Positions 17,536-28,238 are shown, counted from the stretch's first letter. The stretch is 32,000 bases of DNA from Methylorubrum extorquens (GCA_900234795.1 LT962688.1:3300001-3332000), one strand, 5' to 3'. The notes: generated from the letters alone by a model not told the origin. A program made the numbers and translations.

Positions 17536-20507
17536 GCCGCCTCCGGATGGGCGGCGTCCCACTCCCGCAGGGCCCGCGCGTCGCGGGGCGTCACCTCGGG
17601 ATAGTCGGGATCGCTGCCGACCTCCGGCGTGACCCGCCAGGAGCGGGCGCATTTGATGCCCTCGGCCCGCTCGGGCACCACGGCCACGCCCTTCACCTCG
17701 TCGAGACGGAAGGCGTCGGCCGGGCCCTCGCCGGCGCGCACCGTGATCGCCGAGGTGATGCAGGTATCGGCGAAGTCCACGCCGTCGAGCGCGCCGAGCA
17801 GATCGGAATCCGACACGTAGACCGTCGGCGCCGCCTCGAGGCTGGCGCCGATGCGCTTGGCCGCGCGCTCGACCTCGAGCGCGCCGGTAACGACGCGGCG
17901 GACCTTGCGGATCTTCTGCCAGCGGGCGGCGAGCCCGTCGTCGCGCCATTCAACGGGCGTCTCCGGCAGGGTCTGGAGATGCACCGAGCCGTCCTGCGAC
18001 GGGTAGCGGTCGAGCCACGCCTCTTCCGCCGTAAAGGCGAGAACGGGCGCGAGCCAGATCACGACCCGGCGGAAGGCCTCGTCGATGACCTGAAGCGCGG
18101 CGCGGCGGGTCACCGAGGAGATCGGATCGCAGTAGAGCGCGTCCTTGCGCACGTCGAAGTAGAAGGCCGAGAGGTCGCCGGTCATGAAGCCGTTGAGCAG
18201 GGCCACGATCCGCTTGGTATCGAAGGCCGCGTAGGCGTCGCGGATCTCGCCGTCGAGCTGCGCCAGACGATGCAGGATAAAGCGCTCCAGCTCCGGCATC
18301 TCGGTGAACGGCACGTCGTCGCCGGGTACGCGGTGGGCGAGCGAGCCGAGCATCCAGCGGAGCGAGTTGCGCAGCTTGCGGTAGGTCTCGGCGAAGGTTT
18401 TGACGATCTCCGGGCCGATGCGCAGATCGTCGGAATAATCGGCCGCCGCGACCCAGAGGCGCAGGATGTCGGCGCCCGATTCCTTGATGACGTTCTGCGG
18501 CGCGACGACGTTGCCGCGCGACTTCGACATCTTCTCGCCCTTGGCGTCGAGAACGAAGCCGTGGGTGAGAACTACGTCGTAGGGCGCGTGCCCCCGCGTG
18601 CCGCAGGATTCGAGCAGCGAGGACTGGAACCAGCCGCGATGCTGGTCGGAGCCTTCGAGATACATCACCGTGTCGGGCCCGCCATCGACCGCGCGGCGGA
18701 TGCCGGCCAGGCCGGGGAAGGCTTGCGCGTCGTCGAGCACGAAGGCGTGGGTCGAGCCGGAATCGAACCACACGTCGAGGACGTCGGTCACCTTCTCGTA
18801 GTTCGCCGGATCGTAATCAGGCGCGAGGAAGCGCTCGGTGGCGCTTTCCGCGAACCACGCATCCGCGCCTTCCTGCGCAAACGCCTCTGCGATGCGGGCG
18901 TTGACCCTCTCGTCGCGCAGCACCTTCCCGGTCTCGCGCTCGACGAAGACGGTGATCGGCACACCCCAGGCGCGCTGGCGCGAGACCACCCAATCGGGCC
19001 GGCCCGCGACCATGCCGTTGATGCGGTTCCTACCCTGCGGCGGCACCCACTGCGTCTGCTCGATGGCGTGGAGCGCCGTCTCGCGCAGGGTGCGGTTGCC
19101 GAGCGCGTCCACCGGCCGGTCCATGGCGATGAACCATTGCGGCGTGTTGCGGAACAGCACCGGCTTCTTCGAGCGCCAGGAATGCGGGTATTGGTGGCGT
19201 AGGACCCCGCGGGCGACCAGCGCGCCGACCTCGGTGAGCGCGGCGATGAGCGCCTTGTTGGCGTCGCCCTTGTCGCCCTTGGCGGTGAAGACGAAGCGGC
19301 CCGTGAAGCCCGGCGCCTCCTCCGTCAGCATGCCATCGGCATCGACGGTGTAGGGGATGCGGGTGTCGATGCCGGCTTCCGTGAGGCGGCGGCCATTGGC
19401 CATCCAGACCTCGAAATCCTCGCGGCCGTGGCTTGGCGCCGTGTGGACGAAGCCAGTGCCAGCCTCGTCGGTGACGTGCTCGCCCTCCAGCAATGGCACC
19501 GCGAAGCCGTAGCCGGCATCGAAGCCGTGAAGCGGATGCGACAGGGTGAGCCCGGCCAGGTTCGCCGCCGGCACGTCGGCCACACGCTCGAATGCCTCGA
19601 CGCGGGCGGCCTTGAACACGCCCTCGGCGAGCGCGTCGGCAAGGACATAGCTGTCGCCGACCTTCGCCCAGTTGTCCTCGGCCGCTTCCGTAACGCGGTA
19701 GAGCCCGTAGGCGACGCGCTTCGAATAGGCGACGGCGCGGTTGGCCGGCAGCGTCCAAGGCGTGGTCGTCCAGATCACGACGCGGGCGTTCGCCAGTTCG
19801 GCCGGGGCCCCTTCGCGGATCGGGAAGGCCACGAACACCGTGTCGCTGACATGCTCCTCGTACTCGACCTCGGCTTCGGCGAGCGCGGTCTTCTCCACCA
19901 CCGACCACATCACCGGCTTCGAGCCGCGATAGAGCTGGCCGGAGGCGGCGAACTTCATCAGCTCGGCGGCGATGCGCGCCTCGGCCGGGTAGGCCATGGT
20001 CGAGTAGGGATGATCCCAGTCGCCGGTGACGCCGAGGCGCTTGAACTCGTCGCGCTGGATGTTCAGCCACTCGGCGGCGAAGGCCCGGCATTGCTGGCGG
20101 AATTCCAGCACCGGCACCTCGTCCTTGTTCTTGCCCTTGGCGCGGTACTGCTCCTCGATCTTCCACTCGATCGGCAGGCCGTGGCAGTCCCAGCCCGGAA
20201 CGTAGTTCGCGTCGCAGCCGAGCGCGCCCTGCGAGCGGACGACGACGTCCTTCAGGATCTTGTTGAGCGCGTGCCCGATATGGATGTTGCCGTTGGCGTA
20301 GGGCGGGCCATCATGCAGCACGAAGCGGGGGCGGCCCTTCGCGGCGGCGCGGATCTTTTCGTAAAGGCCGATGTCTTTCCAGCGCTCCAGCAGGAGCGGC
20401 TCGCGGGTGGGCAGCCCCGCGCGCATCGGAAAATCGGTCTTCGGCAGGAACAGGGTCCGCGAATAGTCGCGGGCGGCCACGGGGGCGGCGTCGGTCTGAT
20501 CGCTCAT
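17532..20507 (-). CDS. ileS: Isoleucine--tRNA ligase
   Basis: 991 aa with HIGHALNK (HIGH), KMSKS and full-length class Ia IleRS architecture. Confidence 0.97.
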   Translation of the reverse strand: MSDQTDAAPVAARDYSRTLFLPKTDFPMRAGLPTREPLLLERWKDIGLYEKIRAAAKGRPRFVLHDGPPYANGNIHIGHALNKILKDVVVRSQGALGCDANYVPGWDCHGLPIEWKIEEQYRAKGKNKDEVPVLEFRQQCRAFAAEWLNIQRDEFKRLGVTGDWDHPYSTMAYPAEARIAAELMKFAASGQLYRGSKPVMWSVVEKTALAEAEVEYEEHVSDTVFVAFPIREGAPAELANARVVIWTTTPWTLPANRAVAYSKRVAYGLYRVTEAAEDNWAKVGDSYVLADALAEGVFKAARVEAFERVADVPAANLAGLTLSHPLHGFDAGYGFAVPLLEGEHVTDEAGTGFVHTAPSHGREDFEVWMANGRRLTEAGIDTRIPYTVDADGMLTEEAPGFTGRFVFTAKGDKGDANKALIAALTEVGALVARGVLRHQYPHSWRSKKPVLFRNTPQWFIAMDRPVDALGNRTLRETALHAIEQTQWVPPQGRNRINGMVAGRPDWVVSRQRAWGVPITVFVERETGKVLRDERVNARIAEAFAQEGADAWFAESATERFLAPDYDPANYEKVTDVLDVWFDSGSTHAFVLDDAQAFPGLAGIRRAVDGGPDTVMYLEGSDQHRGWFQSSLLESCGTRGHAPYDVVLTHGFVLDAKGEKMSKSRGNVVAPQNVIKESGADILRLWVAAADYSDDLRIGPEIVKTFAETYRKLRNSLRWMLGSLAHRVPGDDVPFTEMPELERFILHRLAQLDGEIRDAYAAFDTKRIVALLNGFMTGDLSAFYFDVRKDALYCDPISSVTRRAALQVIDEAFRRVVIWLAPVLAFTAEEAWLDRYPSQDGSVHLQTLPETPVEWRDDGLAARWQKIRKVRRVVTGALEVERAAKRIGASLEAAPTVYVSDSDLLGALDGVDFADTCITSAITVRAGEGPADAFRLDEVKGVAVVPERAEGIKCARSWRVTPEVGSDPDYPEVTPRDARALREWDAAHPEAA

Positions 20508-20989
20508 GGCGGGGTTCGGTAGGGCTTTCGTCGCGGGGACGGTCGAAGAAAAACGGGCGGACGCGCTTCACCCGGCATCCGGCGCGGCCGCTGAACGCGG
20601 CGCCTACGCGGAGGCCGGGCCCGTAATTCGCGGCGGAAAGCGGATGAGGCCGAACATGGAGCGCTTCTAGAGCGCCCGCCCGCCAAGGGGAAGCCGCTTC
20701 GTCGCAGGGACCGAAGACAAAGCGGAGGGCCGGCACCGATGCAGCGGGCCGGCATCGGACAGAAGACGGCTTGCACCGGCCCCGCTTCCTTGCCATCAGC
20801 CCGGCCCGAACGTCGCCCCGGCGGCCGTGACGCGATACGCGGCCAAAATACGCGGCTAGGTCGAAAGACTCATTAGTTACAAACGCCGCGCCGACTACCG
20901 AGGTGCGATTGAGCACCGCGATCAAACGGAATAGCGTCCGCCCAAAGCCGCCCGGGCGTGGCCGCGCAACACGGTATCGGTGAGGAAAC

Positions 20990-22387
<1,398 letters not shown>

Positions 22388-22409
22388 GTCCGCTTTGGCC
22401 TCCGACCGA

Positions 22410-23312
22410 TTGCGGATCGGGATCGATCTCGGCGGCACCAAGATCGCCGGGATCGCGCTCGACACCGACGGGACGACGCGCACCGAGACCCGCGTGCCGA
22501 CCCCGCGGGGCGACTATGCCGGCACCCTCGACGCCATCGCCGGTGTCGTCGCCGCTTTGGAGCGGCAGGCCGGCACGACGCAGGCGAGCGTCGGCGTCGG
22601 CATGCCCGGCGCGGTCTCTCGCGCCACCGGCCTGATCAAGAACGCCAACTCAGTCTGGCTGAACGGTCGCCCGTTCGCAGGGGATCTCGCCGCCCGGCTT
22701 GGCCGCCCGGTGCGGGTCGAGAACGACGCCAACTGCCTTGCCGTCTCGGAGGCGGTGGACGGAGCCGGCGCGGGCGAGACCCTCGTCTGGGCGATCATCC
22801 TCGGCACCGGCGTCGGCTCGGGCATCGCGGTTCGGGGACAGGCGCTGACGGGCCGCAACGCCATCGCCGGGGAATGGGGTCACAACCCGCTCCCCCAGCC
22901 CCGCGACGACGAGCGCCCCGGCCCCGCCTGCTATTGCGGCCGCAACAGTTGCATCGAGACCTGGCTCTCCGGTCCCGGCCTCGCCGCGGACTTTTTCCGG
23001 TGTACGGGCCAGACTCTGACCGGCGAGGCGATCGTCGCCCGGGCGCAGGCCGGGGATGCGGAGGCCGCCGCGGCAATGACCCGCTACCGCGACCGCCTCG
23101 GCCGCAGCATCGCCCAGGTGGTCAACATCCTCGACCCCGACGTGATCGTGCTCGGCGGCGGCCTCTCGCGGGTCGAGGGCCTCGTCGCCGCCTTGCCCGG
23201 GACAATCGCGCCGCACGTCTTCTCCGACGACTTCGACACGCCGGTACGGGCGGGCCGGCACGGCGACGCCTCCGGCGTGCGCGGCGCCGCATGGCTCTGG
23301 GGCGCCGAATGA
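22410..23312 (+). CDS. ROK family sugar kinase (Mak/fructokinase-like)
   Basis: (M)RIGIDLGGTK N-terminus, ENDANC, GEWGH and the zinc motif CYCGRNSCIE. A TTG at 22410 matches the homologue N-terminus. TTG 22395 and ATG 22347 (41-nt overlap with dctA) are alternatives. Confidence 0.85.
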   Translation: MRIGIDLGGTKIAGIALDTDGTTRTETRVPTPRGDYAGTLDAIAGVVAALERQAGTTQASVGVGMPGAVSRATGLIKNANSVWLNGRPFAGDLAARLGRPVRVENDANCLAVSEAVDGAGAGETLVWAIILGTGVGSGIAVRGQALTGRNAIAGEWGHNPLPQPRDDERPGPACYCGRNSCIETWLSGPGLAADFFRCTGQTLTGEAIVARAQAGDAEAAAAMTRYRDRLGRSIAQVVNILDPDVIVLGGGLSRVEGLVAALPGTIAPHVFSDDFDTPVRAGRHGDASGVRGAAWLWGAE

Positions 23313-24061
23313 TCGGTTGGCTCCGCCGCCTGCTCGGCCAGGAGCGCCCGCACCCCGTGCCGGCCTGGGAACCGGAACCGCCGCCGCCCGAGCCGGCCTG
23401 GGAGCCGAAACCGCAGCCGCCGCAACGGCGCAGCGAGGCGGAGATCGACGCCGTCGAGGCGGCCCTGAACGGCTTGATCGCGGCCGGCCTCCGGCTCGGG
23501 CCCCATTACGAAGGGATGGACCGGCGCGCGGTCGCGCGAGCGATGGCGGAGCATCCCGAATTCGCTGTCGGCGACGGCAACGAGACCCTGCCGCTGACCG
23601 AGCACAGCTCGGACGCGCTGTCGATCGCCATCCTGTGGAGCTATCGCGCCCTCGCCGACGCGATCGAGGACGAATTCGCCAACGCGGCGATCTTCGACGA
23701 TCACTGCTACGACGGCGCCGACGCGGAGACCTATCGCGCGCTGTTCGCCCGGCTGATCGATCTCGCCGGGGCCTGGACCAGCCGCGGCGTCACCGTTTCC
23801 CGCGTGCCGGGACTCGGGCCCTACGGGCACGGCTTCCGCGTCGCGTTCGAGACGCAGCCGCCGATCCCGCCCCTCACCTTCCCGGCCGACAAGAACTTCG
23901 ACTGGAGCCTGCTCGAACGGCTCGATGCGAGCCGCCCGGCGGCTGAGACACGCCGGTTTCGGGTCGCCGCCGATGGCGGGGCGGGGCTGGTGCTGTTCCT
24001 CGATGACACCGAGGCGAGAGCGATCGCCGCGCGCCTGGGCTGGGGGCCGGACGATCTCTGA
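23309..24061 (+). CDS. Hypothetical protein (250 aa) with a Pro-rich tandem repeat near the N-terminus
   Basis: The ATG at 23309 overlaps the ROK stop (ATGA). GC3 is high throughout. There is no TM segment or signal peptide, and I recognise no family. Confidence 0.7.
   Translation: MIGWLRRLLGQERPHPVPAWEPEPPPPEPAWEPKPQPPQRRSEAEIDAVEAALNGLIAAGLRLGPHYEGMDRRAVARAMAEHPEFAVGDGNETLPLTEHSSDALSIAILWSYRALADAIEDEFANAAIFDDHCYDGADAETYRALFARLIDLAGAWTSRGVTVSRVPGLGPYGHGFRVAFETQPPIPPLTFPADKNFDWSLLERLDASRPAAETRRFRVAADGGAGLVLFLDDTEARAIAARLGWGPDDL
23360..23425 (+). repeat. 33-bp in-frame tandem duplication (2 units, 27/33 identical)
   Basis: Unit 1 is ccggcctgggaaccggaaccgccgccgcccgag and unit 2 is ccggcctgggagccgaaaccgcagccgccgcaa. 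They encode PAWEPEPPPPE and PAWEPKPQPPQ. Confidence 0.85.
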
Positions 24062-24096
24062 AGGGCTCCGTTCGGGTCGGTTGTCTGGCAAGCTCC

Positions 24097-24236
24097 CCGC
24101 TCCTCATGCTGAGGCGCCGAGCGAAAGCTCGGCCTCGAAGCACCCCGGAACGGTCGATCCTGAGGGACACGTCTGCCGGGACAGGCGTTGCGGCGTGCTT
24201 CGAGGCCGCTGCGCGGCGCCTCAGCATGAGGAGCGG
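24097..24236. repeat. Palindromic intergenic repeat, copy B (variant)
   Basis: The left arm is CCGCTCCTCATGCTGAGGCGCCGAGCGAAAGCTCGGCCTCGAAGCAC. The reverse complement of the right arm is CCGCTCCTCATGCTGAGGCGCCGCGCAGCGGCCTCGAAGCAC. An extra internal half-site, ATCCTGAGGGA, lies at 24157-24167. Confidence 0.7.
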
Positions 24237-24385
24237 CGCGGATGCCAAACGCACTCCGTCAAAATGGCTCTGTCGGCTGCTGTTGTCTCTTGGTGTGGTG
24301 AGTCAGCATTGACTTCACCCGCCCGCCTTCCGAAAACCCGCCGTCCCCTCCGCGGGGCGTCATCGACGAAAAACACGGTCCCATC

Positions 24386-26413
24386 ATGCCCATCCTGACC
24401 TTCCCCGACGGCAACACCCGCGCGTACGACGCCGCGGTGACCGGTCGGACCGTGGTGGAGGGCATCGCCAAGTCGCTCGCCAAGCGCACGGTCGCCATGG
24501 CGCTCGACGGCACGGTCTGCGACCTCGACGACACGATCGCGCGCGACGCCGCGATCGAGTTCATCTCGCGCGACGATCCGCGGGCGCTCGAACTGATCCG
24601 CCACGACTGCGCCCACGTGCTGGCGGAAGCCGTGCAGGCGCTCTGGCCCGGCACGCAGGTGACGATCGGCCCCGTCATCGAGAACGGCTTCTACTACGAC
24701 TTCGCCAAGGACGAGCCGTTCACGCCGGAGGACTTCCCGAAGATCGAAGCGAAGATGCGCGAGATCATTTCGCGCGACGCACCCTTCACCAAGGAAGTTT
24801 GGAAGCGCGACGACGTGAAGGCGCTCTTCGCCGAGAAGGGCGAAAGCTACAAGGTCGAGCTGGTCGATGCGATTCCGCCGGGCGAGGATCTGAAAATCTA
24901 CCGCCAGGGCGAGTGGTTCGACCTCTGCCGCGGCCCGCACATGACCTCGACCGGCAAGGTCGGCGCGGCCTTCAAACTGATGAAGGTCGCGGGCGCCTAT
25001 TGGCGGGGCGATTCCAACAACCCGATGCTGACGCGCATCTACGGCACCGCCTGGGCCTCCCAAGCCGATCTCGACGCCTACCTGCACCGTCTGGAGGAGG
25101 CCGAGCGCCGCGATCACCGGCGGCTCGGCAAGGAGATGGACCTCTTCCACTTCCAGGAGGAGGGGCCGGGCGTGGTGTTCTGGCACGCCAAGGGCTGGAC
25201 GATCTTCCAGGAGCTGATCGCCTATATGCGCCGCCGCCTGAAGGGCGACTACGCCGAGGTGAACGCGCCGCAGATCCTCGACAAGTCGCTGTGGGAGACC
25301 TCCGGCCACTGGGGCTGGTACCGCGAGAACATGTTCGCGGCCCAATCCGCCGGCGAGGAGGCCGAGGACAAGCGCTGGTTCGCCCTGAAGCCGATGAACT
25401 GCCCCGGCCACGTGCAGATCTTCAAGCACGGGCTGAAGTCGTACCGCGACCTGCCGCTTCGCATGGCCGAATTCGGCGTCGTCCACCGCTACGAGCCGTC
25501 CGGCGCGATGCATGGGCTGATGCGGGTGCGCGGCTTCACCCAGGACGATGCGCATATCTTCTGCACCGAGGATCAGCTCGCCGCCGAGTGCCTGAAGATC
25601 AACGACCTGATCCTCTCGACCTACGCCGATTTCGGCTTCGACCAGATCCTGGTGAAGCTCTCGACGCGGCCCGAGAAGCGCGTCGGCTCCGACGCCCTGT
25701 GGGACCATGCCGAAGCGGTGATGACCCAGGTGCTGGCCCAGATCGAAGAGCAGTCCGGCGGACGGATCAAGACTGCGGTCAATCCCGGCGAGGGCGCGTT
25801 CTACGGGCCGAAATTCGAGTACGTCCTGCGCGATGCCATCGGCCGCGACTGGCAGTGCGGCACGACGCAGGTGGACTTCAACCTGCCGGAGCGGTTCGAT
25901 GCGAGCTACATCGACGCCGACAGCCAGAAGAAGCCGCCGGTGATGATCCACCGCGCCATCTGCGGCTCGATGGAGCGCTTCACCGGCATCCTGATCGAGC
26001 ATTTCGCCGGGCACTTCCCGCTCTGGCTCGCGCCGGTGCAGGTGGTGGTGGCCACGATCACCAGCGACGCCGACCCTTACGCCCGCGAGGTCGTCCGCGT
26101 TCTGGAGCGCGCCGGGCTCCGGGTGGAAGCCGACCTGCGCAACGAGAAGATCAACTACAAGGTCCGCGAGCACTCGCTGGCCAAGGTGCCGGTGCTGCTG
26201 GCCCTCGGCCGCCGCGAGGCGGAGGAGCGCACGGTCTCGGTGCGCCGCATGGGAAGCCAGAAGACCACCACGATGGCGCTCGATGCGGCGCTCGCCGCCT
26301 TCATCGAGGAGGCGACCTCTCCGGATCGCCGCCGGGCCGACGCCGCGGCCGAGAGCCTCCCGAGCACCGACGCGGTGCTCGACGGCCAGCACGTCGAGCT
26401 TCCGGCGCCGTAA
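24386..26413 (+). CDS. thrS: Threonine--tRNA ligase
   Basis: 675 aa with a TGS domain N-terminus ([12 protein letters not shown]), the editing-domain [11 protein letters not shown] motif, a class II core and an anticodon-binding domain. Confidence 0.97.
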   Translation: MPILTFPDGNTRAYDAAVTGRTVVEGIAKSLAKRTVAMALDGTVCDLDDTIARDAAIEFISRDDPRALELIRHDCAHVLAEAVQALWPGTQVTIGPVIENGFYYDFAKDEPFTPEDFPKIEAKMREIISRDAPFTKEVWKRDDVKALFAEKGESYKVELVDAIPPGEDLKIYRQGEWFDLCRGPHMTSTGKVGAAFKLMKVAGAYWRGDSNNPMLTRIYGTAWASQADLDAYLHRLEEAERRDHRRLGKEMDLFHFQEEGPGVVFWHAKGWTIFQELIAYMRRRLKGDYAEVNAPQILDKSLWETSGHWGWYRENMFAAQSAGEEAEDKRWFALKPMNCPGHVQIFKHGLKSYRDLPLRMAEFGVVHRYEPSGAMHGLMRVRGFTQDDAHIFCTEDQLAAECLKINDLILSTYADFGFDQILVKLSTRPEKRVGSDALWDHAEAVMTQVLAQIEEQSGGRIKTAVNPGEGAFYGPKFEYVLRDAIGRDWQCGTTQVDFNLPERFDASYIDADSQKKPPVMIHRAICGSMERFTGILIEHFAGHFPLWLAPVQVVVATITSDADPYAREVVRVLERAGLRVEADLRNEKINYKVREHSLAKVPVLLALGRREAEERTVSVRRMGSQKTTTMALDAALAAFIEEATSPDRRRADAAAESLPSTDAVLDGQHVELPAP

Positions 26414-26424
26414 AACGAACGAGC

Positions 26425-26448
26425 GGTGGGGCGCACACGCGCCTCACC
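26425..26448. terminator. Hairpin between convergent thrS and the MocR gene (possible bidirectional terminator)
   Basis: GGTGGGGCGC-ACAC-GCGCCTCACC is a 10-bp stem with one G-U pair. It overlaps the MocR stop codon. T-rich sequence (TTCGTTTTA) occurs only on the minus strand. Confidence 0.3.
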
Positions 26449-27847
26449 CCTCCATCGCCCGCGCCAGTTCGGAAAACACCCGCGGGTCGGCGCATTGCGC
26501 CACGTTGAAGCGCATGGCGCCGGCGGCGCCCTGGCTTAGCGAGAACACGTTGCCCGGCGCCAGCACCACGCCGCGGGCGAGAGCCCGGCGGGAGATTTCG
26601 GCCGCGTCGAGGCCGTCCGGCAGGCGCGCCCACAGGAACATGCCCCCTGTCGGCACGAAGGGCACGGTGACGCCGACCTCCGCGAGCCGCCGCACCACCG
26701 TGCCGCGGGCCTCCGCCAGCCGGGTGCGCATGGCATCGACATGGTGGCGGTAGCTGCCCTCGGCGAGGAAGCGGTGGACGGTGGCCGCGGTGAGGTGGTT
26801 GTCGCTCAGCGAGACCGCGAGCTTGAGATCGACGAGGCGCTCGACCCAGTCGCCGCGGATCGCGATCGCGCCGACGCGGGCGCCGGTCGAGATCGTTTTC
26901 GAGAAGCCGCCGACATGGATCACCCGGTCGAGCCCGTCGAAGCCGGCGAGCCGCGGGCCCGGCTCCGCCTCGAAATCGGCATAGGCGTCGTCCTCGACGA
27001 TGAGCGTGCCGTGCATCTCGGCGAGCCGCAGGATGCGATGGACGGCGACCGGGCTCAGGGTCGCGCCCGTCGGGTTCTGCAGGCCGGAATTGGTGATGTA
27101 GAAGCGCGGCCTGTGCTCGATCAGCGCCTGCTCGAACGCGGCGAGATCCGGCCCGTCCGGCCCGAACGGCACGCCGACCATGTTGAGGCGGTGGGCGCGG
27201 GCGAGCGCCTGGAACGAGAAGTAGCAGGGATCGTCGAGCAGCACCGTGTCGCCGGGCTCGGCGAGGAAGCGGATGATCAGGTCGAGGGCGTGGGTGACCG
27301 AATCGGTCAGCACGAGCTGGTCGGGATGGGCGCGGATGCCGCGCTCGGTCAGCCGCAGCGCGAGGTGCTGGCGCAAGGGGGCATGGCCCTGCGGCGTGTC
27401 GTAGAACATCACCGCCGCGCTCTGGCGGGCGACCTGGCGCAGCGCCCGGCGCAGCTCCGCCTCCGGCAACCAGTCCGGCGGGAGCCAGCCGCAGCCGGGC
27501 CTCAGGGAATCCGGCCGCGCCTCGAGCGATTGCCGGGTGATCCAGATCGGATCGACCGCCCGGTCGAGCCGCGGCCCGATCGCAGTGAGGCAGAGCGGCT
27601 CCGGGCGCGCGGAGACGAAGAAGCCGGAGCCCGGCCGCGAGACGATGGCGCCGCGCGCCGCCAGCCGGTCATAGGCCTCGACCACGGTCGATTTCGAGAC
27701 CTGCATGCTGTCGGCGAGGCTCCGCACCGAGGGCAGCCGCGCGCCGGGGCCGAGCGCCCGGCCCTCGATCCGCGCCTCGATGGCCCGCATCACCGTCTCG
27801 ACCCGCGAGAGGACCGGTTCCGCGACCGTCACCGTCATGGCTGTCAC
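26444..27847 (-). CDS. MocR/GabR-type regulator (GntR wHTH fused to a PLP aminotransferase-like domain)
   Basis: N-terminal LPSVRSLADSMQVSKSTVVEAYDRL...GSGFFV, followed by a class I aminotransferase fold with the GGFSKT lysine. The start is GTG 27847 or ATG 27838. Confidence 0.9.
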   Translation of the reverse strand: MTAMTVTVAEPVLSRVETVMRAIEARIEGRALGPGARLPSVRSLADSMQVSKSTVVEAYDRLAARGAIVSRPGSGFFVSARPEPLCLTAIGPRLDRAVDPIWITRQSLEARPDSLRPGCGWLPPDWLPEAELRRALRQVARQSAAVMFYDTPQGHAPLRQHLALRLTERGIRAHPDQLVLTDSVTHALDLIIRFLAEPGDTVLLDDPCYFSFQALARAHRLNMVGVPFGPDGPDLAAFEQALIEHRPRFYITNSGLQNPTGATLSPVAVHRILRLAEMHGTLIVEDDAYADFEAEPGPRLAGFDGLDRVIHVGGFSKTISTGARVGAIAIRGDWVERLVDLKLAVSLSDNHLTAATVHRFLAEGSYRHHVDAMRTRLAEARGTVVRRLAEVGVTVPFVPTGGMFLWARLPDGLDAAEISRRALARGVVLAPGNVFSLSQGAAGAMRFNVAQCADPRVFSELARAMEG

Positions 27848-27964
27848 TCCGAACTGTACCGGTGCTCGTCCCGGACAGTTCGTTGAAATCGTACCGCAAC
27901 CGTCCCTGTCGGGAAAGCGGCGGCGCCGTCATATCGGGGCCATCGAACCGACAGGAGACAGATC

Positions 27965-28096
27965 ATGACGTTTTTTGAAGACACCCACGCACAGCATCCC
28001 GATGCCCGCGCCTGGATCGGCCGGCGCCTGCGCGATGCCATCGTCCTCGCCGCCGGCGCCCTGCTCGCGCTGCCGCTGATCGTGCCGTTCGCCTGA
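27965..28096 (+). CDS. Candidate small membrane protein (43 aa), absent from the ORF track
   Basis: ATG preceded by AGGAGA at 6-nt spacing. It translates to MTFFEDTHAQHPDARAWIGRRLRDAIVLAAGALLALPLIVPFA*, with GC3 around 85 percent and a C-terminal TM helix. It is divergent from the MocR gene. Confidence 0.5.
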   Translation: MTFFEDTHAQHPDARAWIGRRLRDAIVLAAGALLALPLIVPFA

Positions 28097-28127
28097 GATT
28101 CTATTCGACTGGTTTTCCCAGGACTTA

Positions 28128-28238
28128 CCTCATCCTGAGGTGCCGCGGAGCGGCCTCGAAGGAGGGCTCCAGGAATCGCAGCGTCTTCTGGAGCCCTCCT
28201 TCCAGGCCTCCGCTTCGCTCCGGCACCTCAGGATGAGG
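28128..28238. repeat. Palindromic intergenic repeat, copy C (best preserved)
   Basis: The left arm is CCTCATCCTGAGGTGCCGCGGAGCGGCCTCGAAGGAGGGCTCCAG, the loop is gaatcgcagcgtcttc, and the reverse complement of the right arm is CCTCATCCTGAGGTGCCGGAGCGAAGCGGAGGCCTGGAAGGAGGGCTCCAG. It lies between convergent genes. Confidence 0.75.

Noticed and set aside
17547-20522. Plus-strand ORFs 17547..19202 (551 aa) and 19428..20522 (364 aa).
   Set aside because: Both are antisense to ileS and are artefacts of high GC.
20940-20975. Possible sigma-54 (-24/-12) promoter for dctA, as in rhizobial DctBD-controlled dctA.
   Set aside because: No TGGCAC-N5-TTGC match was found. The nearest GG/GC strings (for example TGGCCGCGCAACACGG) fail at the -12 element and lie too close to the ATG. 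No dctB or dctD is present in the window.
20909-20983. Short TTG-initiated upstream ORF (LSTAIKRNSVRPKPPGRGRATRYR) ending 7 nt before the dctA ATG.
   Set aside because: It has a non-ATG start, a GC3 clearly lower than real genes here, and an arbitrary basic composition. It is probably non-coding leader.
24221-26392. 723-aa ORF on the minus strand.
   Set aside because: It is exactly antisense to thrS, which has unmistakable ThrRS motifs. Its Arg/Gly/Ala/Leu-rich composition is typical of GC-rich antisense frames.
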